A stretch of 64,000 nt of DNA from Mobula hypostoma (GCF_963921235.1 NC_086108.1:57352001-57416000); one strand, 5' to 3'. Counted from the first letter of the stretch, positions 39,091 to 52,094 are shown. Translations and numbers: made by a program. Notes: a model not told the origin generated them from the sequence alone.

Positions 39091-40382
39091 TTGCAGCATT
39101 TATTGACGTTATTTTAATATTGTGAGTTGCTGGGAATCAACATTATTGGATGAAACAAAACTGCAACATTCTTTTGAAGAAGTCCGAGGAGAACAAGATC
39201 AATAAGGCCATTGGTTTCTTTTATGCTGTAATTGATTTCATATGTTAGATTCCCATTATCATTTTATCAACTGATGGTCCCCTCCTTTATTATTTTATAC
39301 CAAGATGTTTTATTTAAATATTTTAACATACATTTTCTGCTTGTTGAAATTAATAGGCATTTTCTCTTAGGTGGATTTATTCAATTTTCTGATACTCATT
39401 TTCAGCATCCAGCATTAGTGGACTTGCTAAGTTTCAGTCTTTACATGCTAGTATTTATATCAGTTATGTTATATATTATAATTCATAAATTGGACTGTTT
39501 AAAAAAATTAAACACGTATCTCCAAGTTAGTGTTTTACATAATTATCGATTGTTTATAATAAAAATAATTTCATTTTTCAATATTAAAAACACAATGTTA
39601 CTATCACAACTGTTTTTATACCAATAATGCTCAGCTGGTATCCACTTGCAATTCTGTGTGGGCTTACCAGAAAACAATAATATATTTATTATATGCAGCA
39701 CTTGCTTTACCTATGCATTTTCATGGTGCTCATGGCAATAATCTCCAATAGCTATGATTATATGACCATTCTAATGAAGATCACTGGGTGATGAAATGCA
39801 TCCAGGAACTCCACTCTACTTTTCTCTACTAGATTTCACATTACATTTCGAAGGATTTCAAAGTCAGTACTGGGGCTGGTAAGGTGGTGATTAACTAATT
39901 GAGAATGTACGTGGACCAAATCAGAGATCACTGAGCCTGTTTCATTCTACTATTCAGTGACAAAACATAGCTATTGGATGACTCGAAAGGCTTAATTTGT
40001 AATTAATAATTTACTGAAATATTTTTGGTAAAATTTCACAGTTCTATCTCTATTTCTATTTTATTTATTTTTCTCTTTTACCTCTACTTTTCTGTGATTC
40101 AGTTCAGAGGTTGACTGAAGGACTCTGGAACTTGAAAAAACATCTATTGTTTGCTTTATGGGTTAAGTAATGGTTGTGACAAGTTTTTTAACCTAGGGGA
40201 TGTTGTGAATGGACACAATTTTAGCCTATCTGATATTAAATGACTTTTGCCAGTAAGTGTAAAAGAGACTAGATTAGAAACCCAGGCCAATTATTCTTTC
40301 CTGCTCCCCATCCCCATACCTTCTTTAGCACTTCTATTCTGATGTGAGAGCCTTTGTTTCAATTGTATGCTTCATGAAACAG

Positions 40383-40579
40383 GTATTTGGAGCTGATGAA
40401 ACGCGTGCAGAAAGGTGGAGATGAAAAAGCGATTCTGAGACACACCAAGAAGAATAAAAAACTATTGGTCCGAGAACGTTTACGGTTGCTTCTGGACACA
40501 GAAGAGATCCTGGAACTGTCTCCTTTTGCTGGAATGGGAATGCCATATGGAGATATTCCTGCTGCAGGCTGTTTAACTG
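40383..40579 (+). CDS. MCCC2-like, coding exon 3
   Basis: YLELMKRVQKGGDEKAILRHTKKNKKLLVRERLRLLLD..EILELSPFAGMGMPYGDIPAAGCLTG, a carboxyltransferase N-terminal pattern; AG/GT boundaries. Confidence 0.92.
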
Positions 40580-41890
40580 GTAATATTATTGAGGTCAAAT
40601 TTTTACAAAGGAGCATTATAAATATTAGTCTGATTTCTCTCTGGAAAGTCATTTTTTCTTGGATTATAAAGTAGCATTATTTTATCTAGCTCTAATAATT
40701 AGCATTCTTGCTGTTTGGCCATGTCAAGAATCTATTTTTACCAAACTAGAAAAAATATTTTTTATTAATGGTACACTATTTATGCTATATTGATTTTGAG
40801 AAATAACAATTACCCTTACAGATATATATTGATAAATACTAACCAACCAGTGAATCTTAAAAGGATGAATTTCCTTCAGTTTCACTTTTCAACTCTGAAT
40901 CATGTTGCCCTTAGGTCTACCTTTGCCATAATACTACTGCACCTGTCAACCCTTTACTCACTTTCACCCATGTTATTATTGTTGCAGTAATGGTGGTTCA
41001 TTTTCCCTGACCCTGATCCTATGCATTTCTCTATTTTATTTTGTGTCTCTGTTCATCCTTTCTTTGAACATATGAAAACTAATCTTTGCTCCCATGTCCT
41101 GATTTACTCAAAACTACAAATCACCGAATGTCTCTTCCTATTCATAATTTTTTTTCTTTGTAGGTACAATCCCTCAGCATTTTCAGACTTACGTTTTTAC
41201 TCATCCCCTCACGAATAGTCTGCCTTGATAGCCTTCGTCCTTAAAATCTGATTATGTCTTTGCCCACCCTTTAATTTCCAATGTGTTGTCTAAGTTGCAG
41301 TGAAGTATTTTAAAGAAATACTTATATTTAAAATGTATCTTTCATAACTTCAGAATATTCCTAAACACTTCAAAGCTAATTAACCACTCAGTAAATAGTA
41401 AATCTCCAAGGTGAACTATCATCCTTCCTTGTTTCCTCTGCAGCCATTAACAATATTGATCACATTGTAATTTGTTAATGCCTTCCCTATGATGTCCAGA
41501 TTAGTGGAGGCTGTTCTGTTTAAATCAAAGACAAGGTATTTCCAGAAGTTGCTTCTCTCCCTACTGCTGTTGCATGCTTGCTAGAGTTATTATAAGATAT
41601 ATCTTGGAAATCTTCTTTCTCTCCATGACAGCAACATGTGGTCAATTTCCCCATGTCAATGCTAGTATCAAATTTAAATTTTTCTCAGTCTCCCTATAGC
41701 CTGTACTTGCAGATCAACAGATTAAAGATCAAGAATGTTTTGTTATTGATCTGAAGTGAAGTATCTGGTTTAAGGGAGGGAGTAACAGAGTCAAGAATAT
41801 AAGAAATAAGAACAGGAATAGCTAATACAACTCCTTGCTCCTTATCTGTAATTTAATCAAATTATGTCTGAACTTTTACATCAACTATGC

Positions 41891-44671
41891 CTGTGTTTCC
41901 CAACCTTCTTTAGCCCAACGTCTCCCTAAAGCACTTTCATACTTACCAAGGCCACTCTTAGGCACAATCTACTTTGCAGTGTCCCCATAGCATAAAAGCT
42001 CATCTACCATGTGCTAACATGAGAAAAATGATTCTGCTTTAAATTTTTATTTGTCTTCAAGCATAGCTTACACAGTACCCATGCACTGTACAGAAGCTTT
42101 AATATCAATGTGATCCTTGAGCTTGATGGTTTTAGCAAGAGTTGAAATATCTAGTGTAAGTTGTGACAGCAAAAGCCTTAAGTCCCCATACTTAACAATG
42201 TCCAAGTGGCTTCTGTTTTTTGTGAGTATGTGGTTCACAGCACCGAAGCCTCTTTCAGCAATGAAAAGCAGTTTGGCTCTTCTCCAAAGACCAGGAGACT
42301 TTGTATGACAGTGTAGACACATACCACAAAAGTTGACATTTTTGAAAAGCATTTTTGCTTCTTCATCATTCTGAATTTTGATAATTTCTTCTTGCAAGAT
42401 CTTTTCCTGTTCTTCCACCTTGCAAAGCAATGAGTTAATAACCCAGTCTGGAATTTCCAGATTGTTCAAATCCTTGAATCAATTCTGAAAATCCTTCTTC
42501 AGTGACTGCAGATGTAATCAGTACTCTAGCAAATTGCCGTCTGTGAAAGAGAGTGCCATACTTTCCATGCAGGGCAACTGTGAGAACATTTTTCTCCCAA
42601 TATTTTGCTTGTATATTTCCAATTATCTGATTAAAGTGGACGCTGCAATTCCCACCCTGCAGTTTCATATTTAGAATGTTCATTTTGTCATACAGATCGG
42701 CTTGGTATGCCACATCTCCACATAGAAGTTCAATCTTGTTTCCCAAGCTCTTGTCGACTTTGAGCAAAAGTTCAACCACAGTGTCAGAAAGATCAAAGAA
42801 ACGCTTTAATCAGCAGTCTTTTGACAGCCAACACACTTCAGTGTGAAGAAGCAAGTGTTCAAACTCTTCATTGTTATCTTGAATAACTGGTGAAAAATTC
42901 TGCTAGTTAATGTTTGAGCTTTAATTTATTGATAGCAGATATTACAAGAATCGTGCTTGAAAAAGGTCACTGGCTGAGGTTTTTGGCTACGAGATGTTGA
43001 TGAAATACACAATGGATTGTAAACAAGCTAGTATTTTCTTTTTTCATTAATGCCACTAAACTAGTATGGTGACCTGTCATATATGATACTCCATCTGTTG
43101 CACAAAAAATCATATTCCTAATTGGAATACTTTTATCCTCAATATACATTTTGAGTGCATTGTAGATTGATTTTCTGTTGATGTTTGTTTTTAACCTTTT
43201 ACAAAAGAGAATCTGTTCATAAACTTTACCATTTTTGATAAACCGTACATATGCCATTAGCAATGCCTTGTTGTCTCACACAGTTGAGTCATCCAGTTAT
43301 ATGCCTAATGCTGTTTTTTGTAGTTCTGTGCATAACTGATACTCAATGTCTTCACTCAGTTCATTAATATGACGAGCTACAGAGTTATTACTTAGAGGAA
43401 CTGATTTTAAAATACTGGTATCCATTTAAGAATAGTGGTGAGCACTTCTGATACCGCAGGCGTTATTAATCTTTCACCAATTGTATGAAATTTTCCACAC
43501 TTTGCTATCATTTTGGAAATGTTATAAGAAGTAACAAAACCACTATCAAGGTCCTTATAGCTTTCTTGGCAAATGACCTGAGTGTGCAATGCCTTTCAAT
43601 TGCTTCTTTCATCTTCTGGAACTGAGTAATACCATAAGTAGCCTTTTCAGGATGTCTTTTACGGAAGTGTTCCTGCAATTATGGCTTCATTAGACAGCAC
43701 AGTTTTGACATGGGGTGTTGCTGATCTGAGGGGAACAGAACAAAACCATGCTCCAGGTATGCAATGTTGCATTGACACACTTTCTGTAGTTTCTGTTTCT
43801 TAGCAGGATAAGAATTCAAGGCTTCACCACCTTCAGACTTATAGAGATCACGCCGTATGTATTTAACCATCACTAACGGGCTAAATTAAAATAAAAAATT
43901 AATGCAAACTGGGAATGCCTATTGGATGTTGATGACGGCAGTGAGTTGACATGGATGGAACAATGGTAGCGGCCTCCAAAGGAATGGCGAGGCTAAGATG
44001 ACGATCACGACAGCGAAAATTGCATTCACAAGGATTCAGATTGGAATCTGAATGTTAGTCAGGATAGAGCTGGTTTTCAGCAAGCTACCTTTATACTATT
44101 CCAGTTAGCACGATTGACCAATCATGTAAGATCTCATAATTCCCCAAAAATGGTTCTTGAACACCTCAAGTGGAATCCTCAGGTCAGCAGGTTCACTGAT
44201 TGGCTCTATTTCACTGTTTGGTTCCTGTATGTGCTGTATCATTGTGTGACCTGTTTTCCATAGATCTGTAGAGAAAGTTGAGAGGGTGTACTTGACTCAT
44301 GAACTGTTGAGTTGCATGAACTTGTTTTGTGACACGAGTCAAGGGGAACTGTTGGGCACCCTGGTTGCCAATTTATGCGTCCTCAATATTGTCTGTTTGG
44401 TTGGTAAGGTCGGATGAGGTTGCCGAATTTCAGACGCTTCGTGACAACGTGTGTTCACCGCCTGCAGAGCTATGGTTCTTCCTGTGTTTCAGTGCCTCAA
44501 CCTGTTTTTGTTTGGAAGTGCCTGCTCTACTAACGGTCGGTCAGATCTCCTACCTCAAGTTAGGGGTACTGCTTACTGCACCCCCCACCCAAAGAATCTT
44601 GAATGCCCTCAACGGCTTCTATTTTCCCTAACACCCCCTTAGGACAGTAACTGCCCCTTTGGGAGTCACTG
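41891..44671 (-). mobile_element. hAT Buster/Charlie DNA transposon with decayed transposase
   Basis: Ends ctgtgtttcccaa / ttgggagtcactg; 8-bp TSD a(a/g)ctatgc with central TA; remnants SYNISKMIAKCGKFHTIGERLI, QLDDST, CATDG, IHCVFHQHLVAK, LLHTEVCWLSK, ERGFGAV. Confidence 0.88.
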
Positions 44672-45632
44672 AGCTATGCTCTATCATTTGATTCCCTGAA
44701 TAGCCAAAATCTATTGATGATGATTCATTTAGAGTTTAGACTGTGTATCTTCAGATTGAAGAAGGTAAAGTGTCATCAATTTTGCTTCCATTTGAATTCA
44801 TTTCTGAATCTTGTTGAAGTATGTGTAAATAGACGTGGACTTGAACTGAGCTGCAATATTCCTCCTGATTAGGAGAATTCATTTTCATATAGTCATTTAA
44901 TGAAGCATGAAAATATTATTGCACTCACTGAAATATATTGTTTATTGCCAAAAAGGAAATAAAATTTAATAAAAAACAAAGTTATCAATACAAACAACAA
45001 CAATACATAGTAAATAGAAATATTCAGCTTTTACCAAAGTTCATAGGTAGAACTACAGAATATATGTACATTGCTGGCAATATCAAATTGGTTACAAATT
45101 CTGATTAAACACAACATTCTTCTTCTTAAGTAATTCTTAATTGCAGTATGCCAGGAATAATGGATAGGTTGGATTGCACCTGTGATCAAAGTGCAAGGTC
45201 CAACTATTTTATAAGAACTAATGCTTGAAGTTGTGCACAATAACTACATGTCAAGGTAATCTTGAAATAATCTCTCATTTTCTGTGTGAAATGCTCAGTA
45301 GGCCAAAAAATAATTTTATTTAATTTTCTTACAAACATACATAAAATGGTAGTTTCATATTTAATGTAACTGTTGTCTTGTCCAAAAGAATATTTTACAA
45401 GAGTAAACAGGATCACCAGAATACTGTGATAATATCACAAATCACTCTTTGTTTGATATTCACACATCAGCATTGTATCTGTACGAAACACTTTGCTTAT
45501 TTTGGCTTCTCTCTGTTTAGACAAGGGTTTCATTATGTCTTGAATCCTTGAAATAGTTCAGTAGATCAGTCTTAACTTCAATATGTAAAAATGTTAACAT
45601 AACTTTTATTTTACAACATTGATTTCATATAG

Positions 45633-45811
45633 GAATAGGTAAAGTCAGTGGAATTTGGTGTGTATTCATTGCGAATGATGCAACAGTCAAAGGAGGGACA
45701 GTTTACCCAGTTACAGTGAAGAAACAGCTGAGAGCCCAAGACATTGCAATTCAAAATGGACTACCTTGCATATACTTGGTGGACAGTGGAGGAGCATTTT
45801 TACCACTTCAG
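45633..45811 (+). CDS. MCCC2-like, coding exon 4
   Basis: [62 protein letters not shown]-beta signature; absent from the ORF track; phases 1 and 0 consistent. Confidence 0.95.
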
Positions 45812-46800
45812 GTAGAGTACTTCTTGGATTGCACAGTCAGGAGGCTTTACAAGATATTATCTATATGCTGAGGAATATTTTTGGTCATAGGTCTTTTGTT
45901 ACTGTAGGTCTCTGTACCTCAGAATAGTGGGATTAGATTATACACCCACAAGTGTATAGCTTGCTCCTTCGGCATTTGTTAAATGGAACCTATCTAAAGT
46001 ACCCACATTTGAGAGAGGAAAATGTATGGGTTATTAATGCTAATTATAGGAAATAAATATGTATAAACTGAAAAGATATCCGTGAAGGATTGACCTATCA
46101 GAGATAACTCAAAGATAAACATATTTGTTGCTGACATAGGAAGTGTGAAATTAAATCTGATTTCAGAGTTTTGAGTACCAAAAAGATCTAAGTGCAGTGT
46201 GGAAAGATAATGCCTTTTGGATGAGGCAATAAAGTGTGGCACCATCTACTAACTAAAGGCACTGGTGACCCTATGGTATACAGTCCTTGTCAATGCTAGC
46301 CCCAGTTAACAGTGTATCTATCATTATGACATTGCGTGTGGGAATACACATTTAGCAAACTGGCTGCAACACTTCCTAAGTTATTAAAGTGACAAAAATG
46401 TCTTTTTATGGTTGTAAGACACTTTGTCATGAGATCTTGGAAGATCCAGTGTAAATGGATTTTCTTTGTATCAAATAATAAAATTGGATAAAATACACTG
46501 TATTCTGACTTATAAGTATAATCACTCCCACTGATTCTATCTTACTTTCCTTCAAGAACAAAATGGGCAGTGGATCAAGTGCTGAATTACAGCAGCATTG
46601 TTGCAGGCGACAGTCAGTAAGGAGTCCAAGAATATAGAAAAAGACAGGAATACTGGATCCCACAGATAGGCTCTGAGCTACATTTTGGGCACTACTGTTA
46701 TGGAGAGTGTTCTTCAAAATGCATTAACATGCAGATATCTGCTTCAATGGCTTGTTGGAGTTTGGACATATTAAAGAAATTGTGCATGTATCCTTTTCAG

Positions 46801-46881
46801 GCAGAGATATTTCCAGATGAGAACCATGGAGGTAGAACATTCTACAATGAAGCAATTATGTCTGCTGCAGGCATTCCGCAG
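46801..46881 (+). CDS. MCCC2-like, coding exon 5
   Basis: AEIFPDENHGGRTFYNEAIMSAAGIPQ; ttttcag acceptor, gtaact donor. Confidence 0.95.
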
Positions 46882-48364
46882 GTAACTCATTTTTCATCCC
46901 TGCCCTCTTCTGTGATGCACAAATAGAGGAAATGGTTTCCTTTGAGATTGCCAAAATTATTTCAAAATTGAGAACGGGATTGTTTATTGATGTGGGAGGC
47001 TGGGATTTTCTAAAGAGTGCTTGAAGCACTCCCACCAACAAAGTGTTGAAGCAAAAATATTTTTTTCTTTAATCATGATCTCTTCTGGCTGGTAGCTTTC
47101 TTCCATCATGGACCTTTTGCTCTGCAGCAGATTGTCTGACAAATATCCTGACTTAACATTGAACTTGCTATTGAGTCATAGAAAATATATGACAAAGGAA
47201 GCTATTCAGCCCTTCATATTTATGCCAGTCAATGAAGCAGTTTTTATTTGCCTACAATACATTTCTAAATGATACAATTATACAAACCATTACCTTCATT
47301 CAGTGTGCCAAGTATTTCCTTACACTTCATTACAAAATTTACAACAGGTGAATGTTTCTTTAATATTTCATTCTCAAACTTTCCATCTGTGAAATGTTTG
47401 AGTGGTTACCACACGGCTCGTCTCTCAGTCTGCAGTGGTGGGATGAGGTTTGTGCTGGAGGGCCTTCTCACTGAGACATAGCTCTTGATCCTTGTTTAAC
47501 GATGAGACGTTTAACCAGATTATCCGACCAAGGAATTATTCTTCAAGATCCAGCACTTCCTTTGCGTAAAGAGCTTCAAAGTCATTCCACGTAGATCACT
47601 GCCTGACTGACTTGTGGTGAAACAACTTTATCAGTAGAAACCTTTCCATGATGGACAGGTGGTGTAGTACTGAATGGAACATTCCATGGCACAATTGCCA
47701 GGCCCATCCTCTGCAACACCATGTATAGATAAAACTGTATATATGAGCAACCAGGCTTGATACAACCACACACAAAGAAGACAATCAGGATGAAGGCTAT
47801 ATTAGTATAATTTTCTCTCTTTCTCTAGTTCTGTGTTCTATTTCATCTTGCCTATTCACTCCAGGTGGTTTTTGCCTTATGCCCCAACTACCCTGAAGCA
47901 CAATTCCAGCACCTTGAGGTAATCTGACCTGGTGGTGAAAAGTACAAAGGATCAGTTAAATTGGTTGCCAAAGAACATGCCCTTTTTAACTGGCTACAAA
48001 CACTTACAGTATCAGCACCCAAGATGATTTAGTCTTTCATTGATTCTTTTATGGCTATTATTATATTATGGATTTATTGAGTATGCCTGCAAGAAATGAA
48101 TTTCAAGGTCAAATATGTACTTTGATATTAAATTTACTTTGAACTTTGAAGATTGATAGTGGGTTGAATCAGAAGATGGCAACATTATCTATGTAGAGGG
48201 ATGCTTGACTTAAGTTCCCTGCCTTCTTGGGATAATCATGTCTCTTATTCAACAAAATACAACAAACATACAAAACAGAGAAGAGAAGTTAGCTTGGCTG
48301 ACTTCAAATTCGATCCAAAAACTTTCTGTTTCCAACCTGTTGACTTGGATAGGTCTCATGGCTC

Positions 48365-50480
48365 TTTAGAGTCATAGAAAAGTACAGCATAGAAACAGGC
48401 CCTTCAGCCCATCTAGTCCTTGCCAAACCATTTATATTGCCTACTCCCATTGACCTGCACTGGGACCATAACCCTCTATACCCCTACCATCCATGTACCT
48501 ATCCAACCTTAAACATTGAAATCGAGGTTGCATTCACCACTTGAGTTGGTAGCTCATTCCATTCTCTCATGGCCCTCTAACTGAAGAAGTTTCCATCATG
48601 TTCCCCTTAAATTTTTCTTTCTTTTCAAATCTTTTTTATTATTATTATCCAAAATTAACAAGAGTACATCAAAGTAGGCAACACTTACAATGTCTCAAGA
48701 AAAAAAACATTGTTTTAAAGATTGAAAAAATTTTGGTGACAAAAAAAAAGAAAAAAAAACCCTACTAAAGCAAAGAAAAGTGAGAAAAAAAAACCATTAG
48801 GTGCTCAACCCCGGAGCCATGCGTCATACAAAAAGCTTCTAAAGATAAACATCAAACTGCCAGCAAGAAAAAAAAATGTACCAAAAATTTACAATTAGAT
48901 CGTGGAGGAATTCTATCAATTAACTCAAATGATAGTAACGAGCAAATGAACCCCATCTTTTCTCAACATCAAACGTAGGTTCAAAGGTTCGACTTCTAAT
49001 TTTCTCCAAACTAAGACATAGCATCACTTGAGAGAACCATTGTGACAAAATGGGAGCTGACATATCCTTCCACTTCAACAAAATGGCCCTCCTAGCTATC
49101 AATGTAACAAATGCAATAACATATTGGTCAGACAAAGAGATACCGTGGATATTTTGAGGAGTTATTCCAAAAAGCACAGTTAATTTGTTAGGTTGTAGAT
49201 TAATTTTAAATTTTGCACCTTTCACTCTTAACCCATGATCTCTAGTTGTAGTCCCACCTAAACCCAGTGGTAAAAGTCTGCTTGCATTTACTCTATCTAT
49301 ACCCCTCATAATTTTGTATACTTCTATCAAATATCCCCTCAGTCTTCTGTGTTCTAAGGGATAAAGCCCTAACCTATTCAATCTTTCCTTATAACTCAGG
49401 TCCTCCAGACCCGGTAACATACTTGTAAGTTTTCTCTGTACGCTTTCAAACTTATTTTTATCTTCCCTGTAGGTAGGTGACCAAACCTACACATAATACT
49501 CCAAATTAGACCTCAGCAATGTCTTAAACAACTTCAACATAACATCTCATCTCCTGTCCTCAATACAGTACATTGGTTTATGAAGGCCAATGTGCCAAAA
49601 GCTTTTCTTACAACCCTATTTATATATGGCACTACTTTCAGTGAATTATGGATCTGTATTCCCTGATTCCTTTGTTCTACCGCACTCCTCAGTATCCCAC
49701 CATTCACTGTATAAGACCTATCCTAGTTGGTCCTACTGAAATGCAACACCTCACACTTGTCTGCGTTAAATCCCATGTGCCATTTTTCAGCCCAATTTTC
49801 CAGCTGGTGCAGATCCTGCTGCAAGCAACGATAGTCTTCCTTGCACCCTTAATCTTCATGTCATCTGTAAATTTGCTGATCCAGTTAACCACATTATCAT
49901 CCAGATCATTGATATAGATGACAAACAACAATGGACCTAGCACCAGTCCCTGTGGCACTCCAGTAGTCACAGGCCTCCAGGCAGAGAGGCAATCATCTAC
50001 TACCCTCGGGCTTCTCCCATAAAGCCGATGTCTAATCCAACTTACTACCGCATCTTGAATCCTCCTCTGTAATCTTTATAGAGTCGATGAAGTTGATGCC
50101 GCTTGCCTTACTTCTATAGACTCTGCATCCATATCCTGAGTAAATACAGATGCAAGAGGCATTTAAGATCTCCCCCATCTCTTTTGGCTCCACACATGGA
50201 TTCCATTCTAATCTTCCAGAGGACCAATTTTGTCTCTTGCAATCTTTTTGCTCTTAACTGCAGAATTGCTTGGGATTCTCCTTCATGTTGTCTGCTAAGG
50301 CAAACTCATGTCTTCTTTTAGCCCTCTTCATTTTTTTCTTAATTTTTTTTTGCATTTCTTATACTCCATAGGTACATCATTTGTTCCTATCTGCCTATAC
50401 CTGCAATGCGCCTTTTTTTTTGTAACTAGGGCCTCAATATCTTGAAAATCAAGGTTCCTACACCTGATACCCTTTATCTT
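48365..50480 (-). mobile_element. CR1 LINE fragment
   Basis: TGVPQGLVLGPLLFVIYINDLD..ISKFTDDMKI; LPGLEDLSYKERLNRLGL. Confidence 0.85.
48616..49205 (-). mobile_element. 5'-truncated L1 (same family as 55832-61574) nested in CR1
   Basis: INLQPNKLTVLFGI...KRWGSFARYYHLS and 3' UTR match 60990-61574; 9-bp TSD ttaaatttt (48607-48615, 49206-49214). Confidence 0.88.
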
Positions 50481-50978
50481 TTGTAGATCAGTTGTATTCC
50501 AGTGCAGGCTCCTTCCCCAAGACCCATTTTGGAGAACACATCTACTAGGTTTGAGCACGATGTCCTTCAAAGAGTTTCCCCTGATCTAAACTCATGAGAC
50601 AATTGACCCCCACCCATCTAACATATGCCAGCTGATGGTGTGGTGGCATCTGCACCAGTCTTCATGGTGACTGATCCCAGGTTTGATTTCAGCTGGCTCC
50701 CTGCACGCTTTCCAGCCATGCTGTGTAGAGCATCGAGGTAGCAACTCAGCCTTGTAAAAAAAACAGACAAAAATGCTGAAGAAATGGCAAGGCTGCTTCC
50801 TGATGCGCAACAAGGCACAGAAAAGAACAACACACATTGTCTTGAATACAGGTAATCATATCTCTGAGTAGCGCAAAGCAGTGAGTGACCATCCTGGAGG
50901 AACTCAGCAGGTCAAGCAGCATCTATGGAAAAGAGTAGTTCACCCCCCACCTTCTTACTCTGACTTCTATTCTTTTCC

Positions 50979-51014
50979 GGTCCTGATGAGGGGTCTAAGC
51001 CTGAAACGTCGGCT
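50979..51014 (+). ncRNA. Divergent minimal hammerhead motif in a Penelope-end fragment (about 50893-51110)
   Basis: GGUC-CUGAUGA-G-GGGU(CUAA)GCCU-GAAAC-GUC-GGCU; stem I kept by G-U pairs. Confidence 0.55.
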
Positions 51015-51186
51015 GTTTACTCCTTTCCATAGATGCTGCCTGGCCTGATGAGTTTCTCCAGCATTTTGTGTGTGTTGCTTTGGATTTCCAGCATCTGCAG
51101 ATTTTATTGTTGGTGTGAACTTCCTGCCAGTTACAGTATTGATTTGATCCAGGTGAATCTGCCCCAGAATGGACTTGACTTATGGC

Positions 51187-51915
51187 TATGGTGTATTTAA
51201 TATTTCAATAATATTTGAGTAATCTTGTATATATGTATTGTTTGATTAAGCATTTTTGGTTGTTTAAATAATTCATTACAGGTTATATGTATAAATACAT
51301 GAATTGCATATGTAATCACGCTACCGCATGATACATGTGCACCTTGCTTAAAGTAAACTTGAACTAGACCCCTATTCCCAGACTCCAGTGTATTCCTTTG
51401 AATTAGTTTAATGTTTAAAGAGTGACAAAACTTAACATGGGCAACAAGGTATATTGTGTGGCATGATTGGCTGAGACAACTCGAACTTGATGGGGATCCA
51501 TCCACTATTTGCATGCTGCATCCCCTGCAAAGAAGCCATCTGAAGACGAATTAAGAAAGCTACTGGATGATATAACAACTGTCTTCATGCTGAACAAATG
51601 AGCTGTTCCCCAACAAAGGACAAACAGGTGTTAGTGCCAACCTCTGTGCCTCCGGTTAGAAAGCAGATTGGACCAAGGAAGGACCATGCTGCTCAGAGGA
51701 AGCATAAAAGTGATAAAGGCAGTATTCTGACTACAACTGGGCATCCTAGGGCCTCCTACCTTCTGCCCAGGCTTGTGATGATCATCACCCATTGTCCTTC
51801 GAGTCAGACGGATGCCAACCAATGGAGACACATTCTATATTGAATTGGAGTTTATAGCTGAGCAGGGAGGAGTGTTGTGCATTTAATATTTCAGTAATAT
51901 TTGAGTAATCCTGCG
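51187..51915 (+). mobile_element. Miniature Gypsy-like LTR element remnant
   Basis: LTR-like 51187-51437 ending CA then TGG; purine tract agggaggag followed by a second copy of the LTR start (51873-51910). Confidence 0.55.
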
Positions 51916-52094
51916 TGTGTATGTATATGATTTCAAATGTGATGAGGATTTTTTCCTTTCCCAGCTTTTAAAGATTGAGTTTTAGAGTCCTACCATCTTT
52001 GGATTATTTCGTTTTATCCATTTTCATTCTAATTATATAAGTCTTTTATTTCACCTTTGAGTTGATGATGTTTTGTCCTCAAGCCACTATTTTT

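Noticed and set aside
39232..39627. 131-aa hydrophobic ORF
   Set aside because: AT-rich intron sequence with F/I/L bias, no motif, and not needed for exon phase continuity
48920..49420. 166-aa minus-strand ORF as a novel gene
   Set aside because: Chance in-frame fusion of a CR1 C-terminus and an inserted L1 C-terminus; the junction coincides with the TSD
3624..51110. Recurrent palindromic repeats as a CRISPR array or miRNA genes
   Set aside because: Dispersed, no repeat-spacer periodicity, eukaryotic context, and they match the Penelope 3' end
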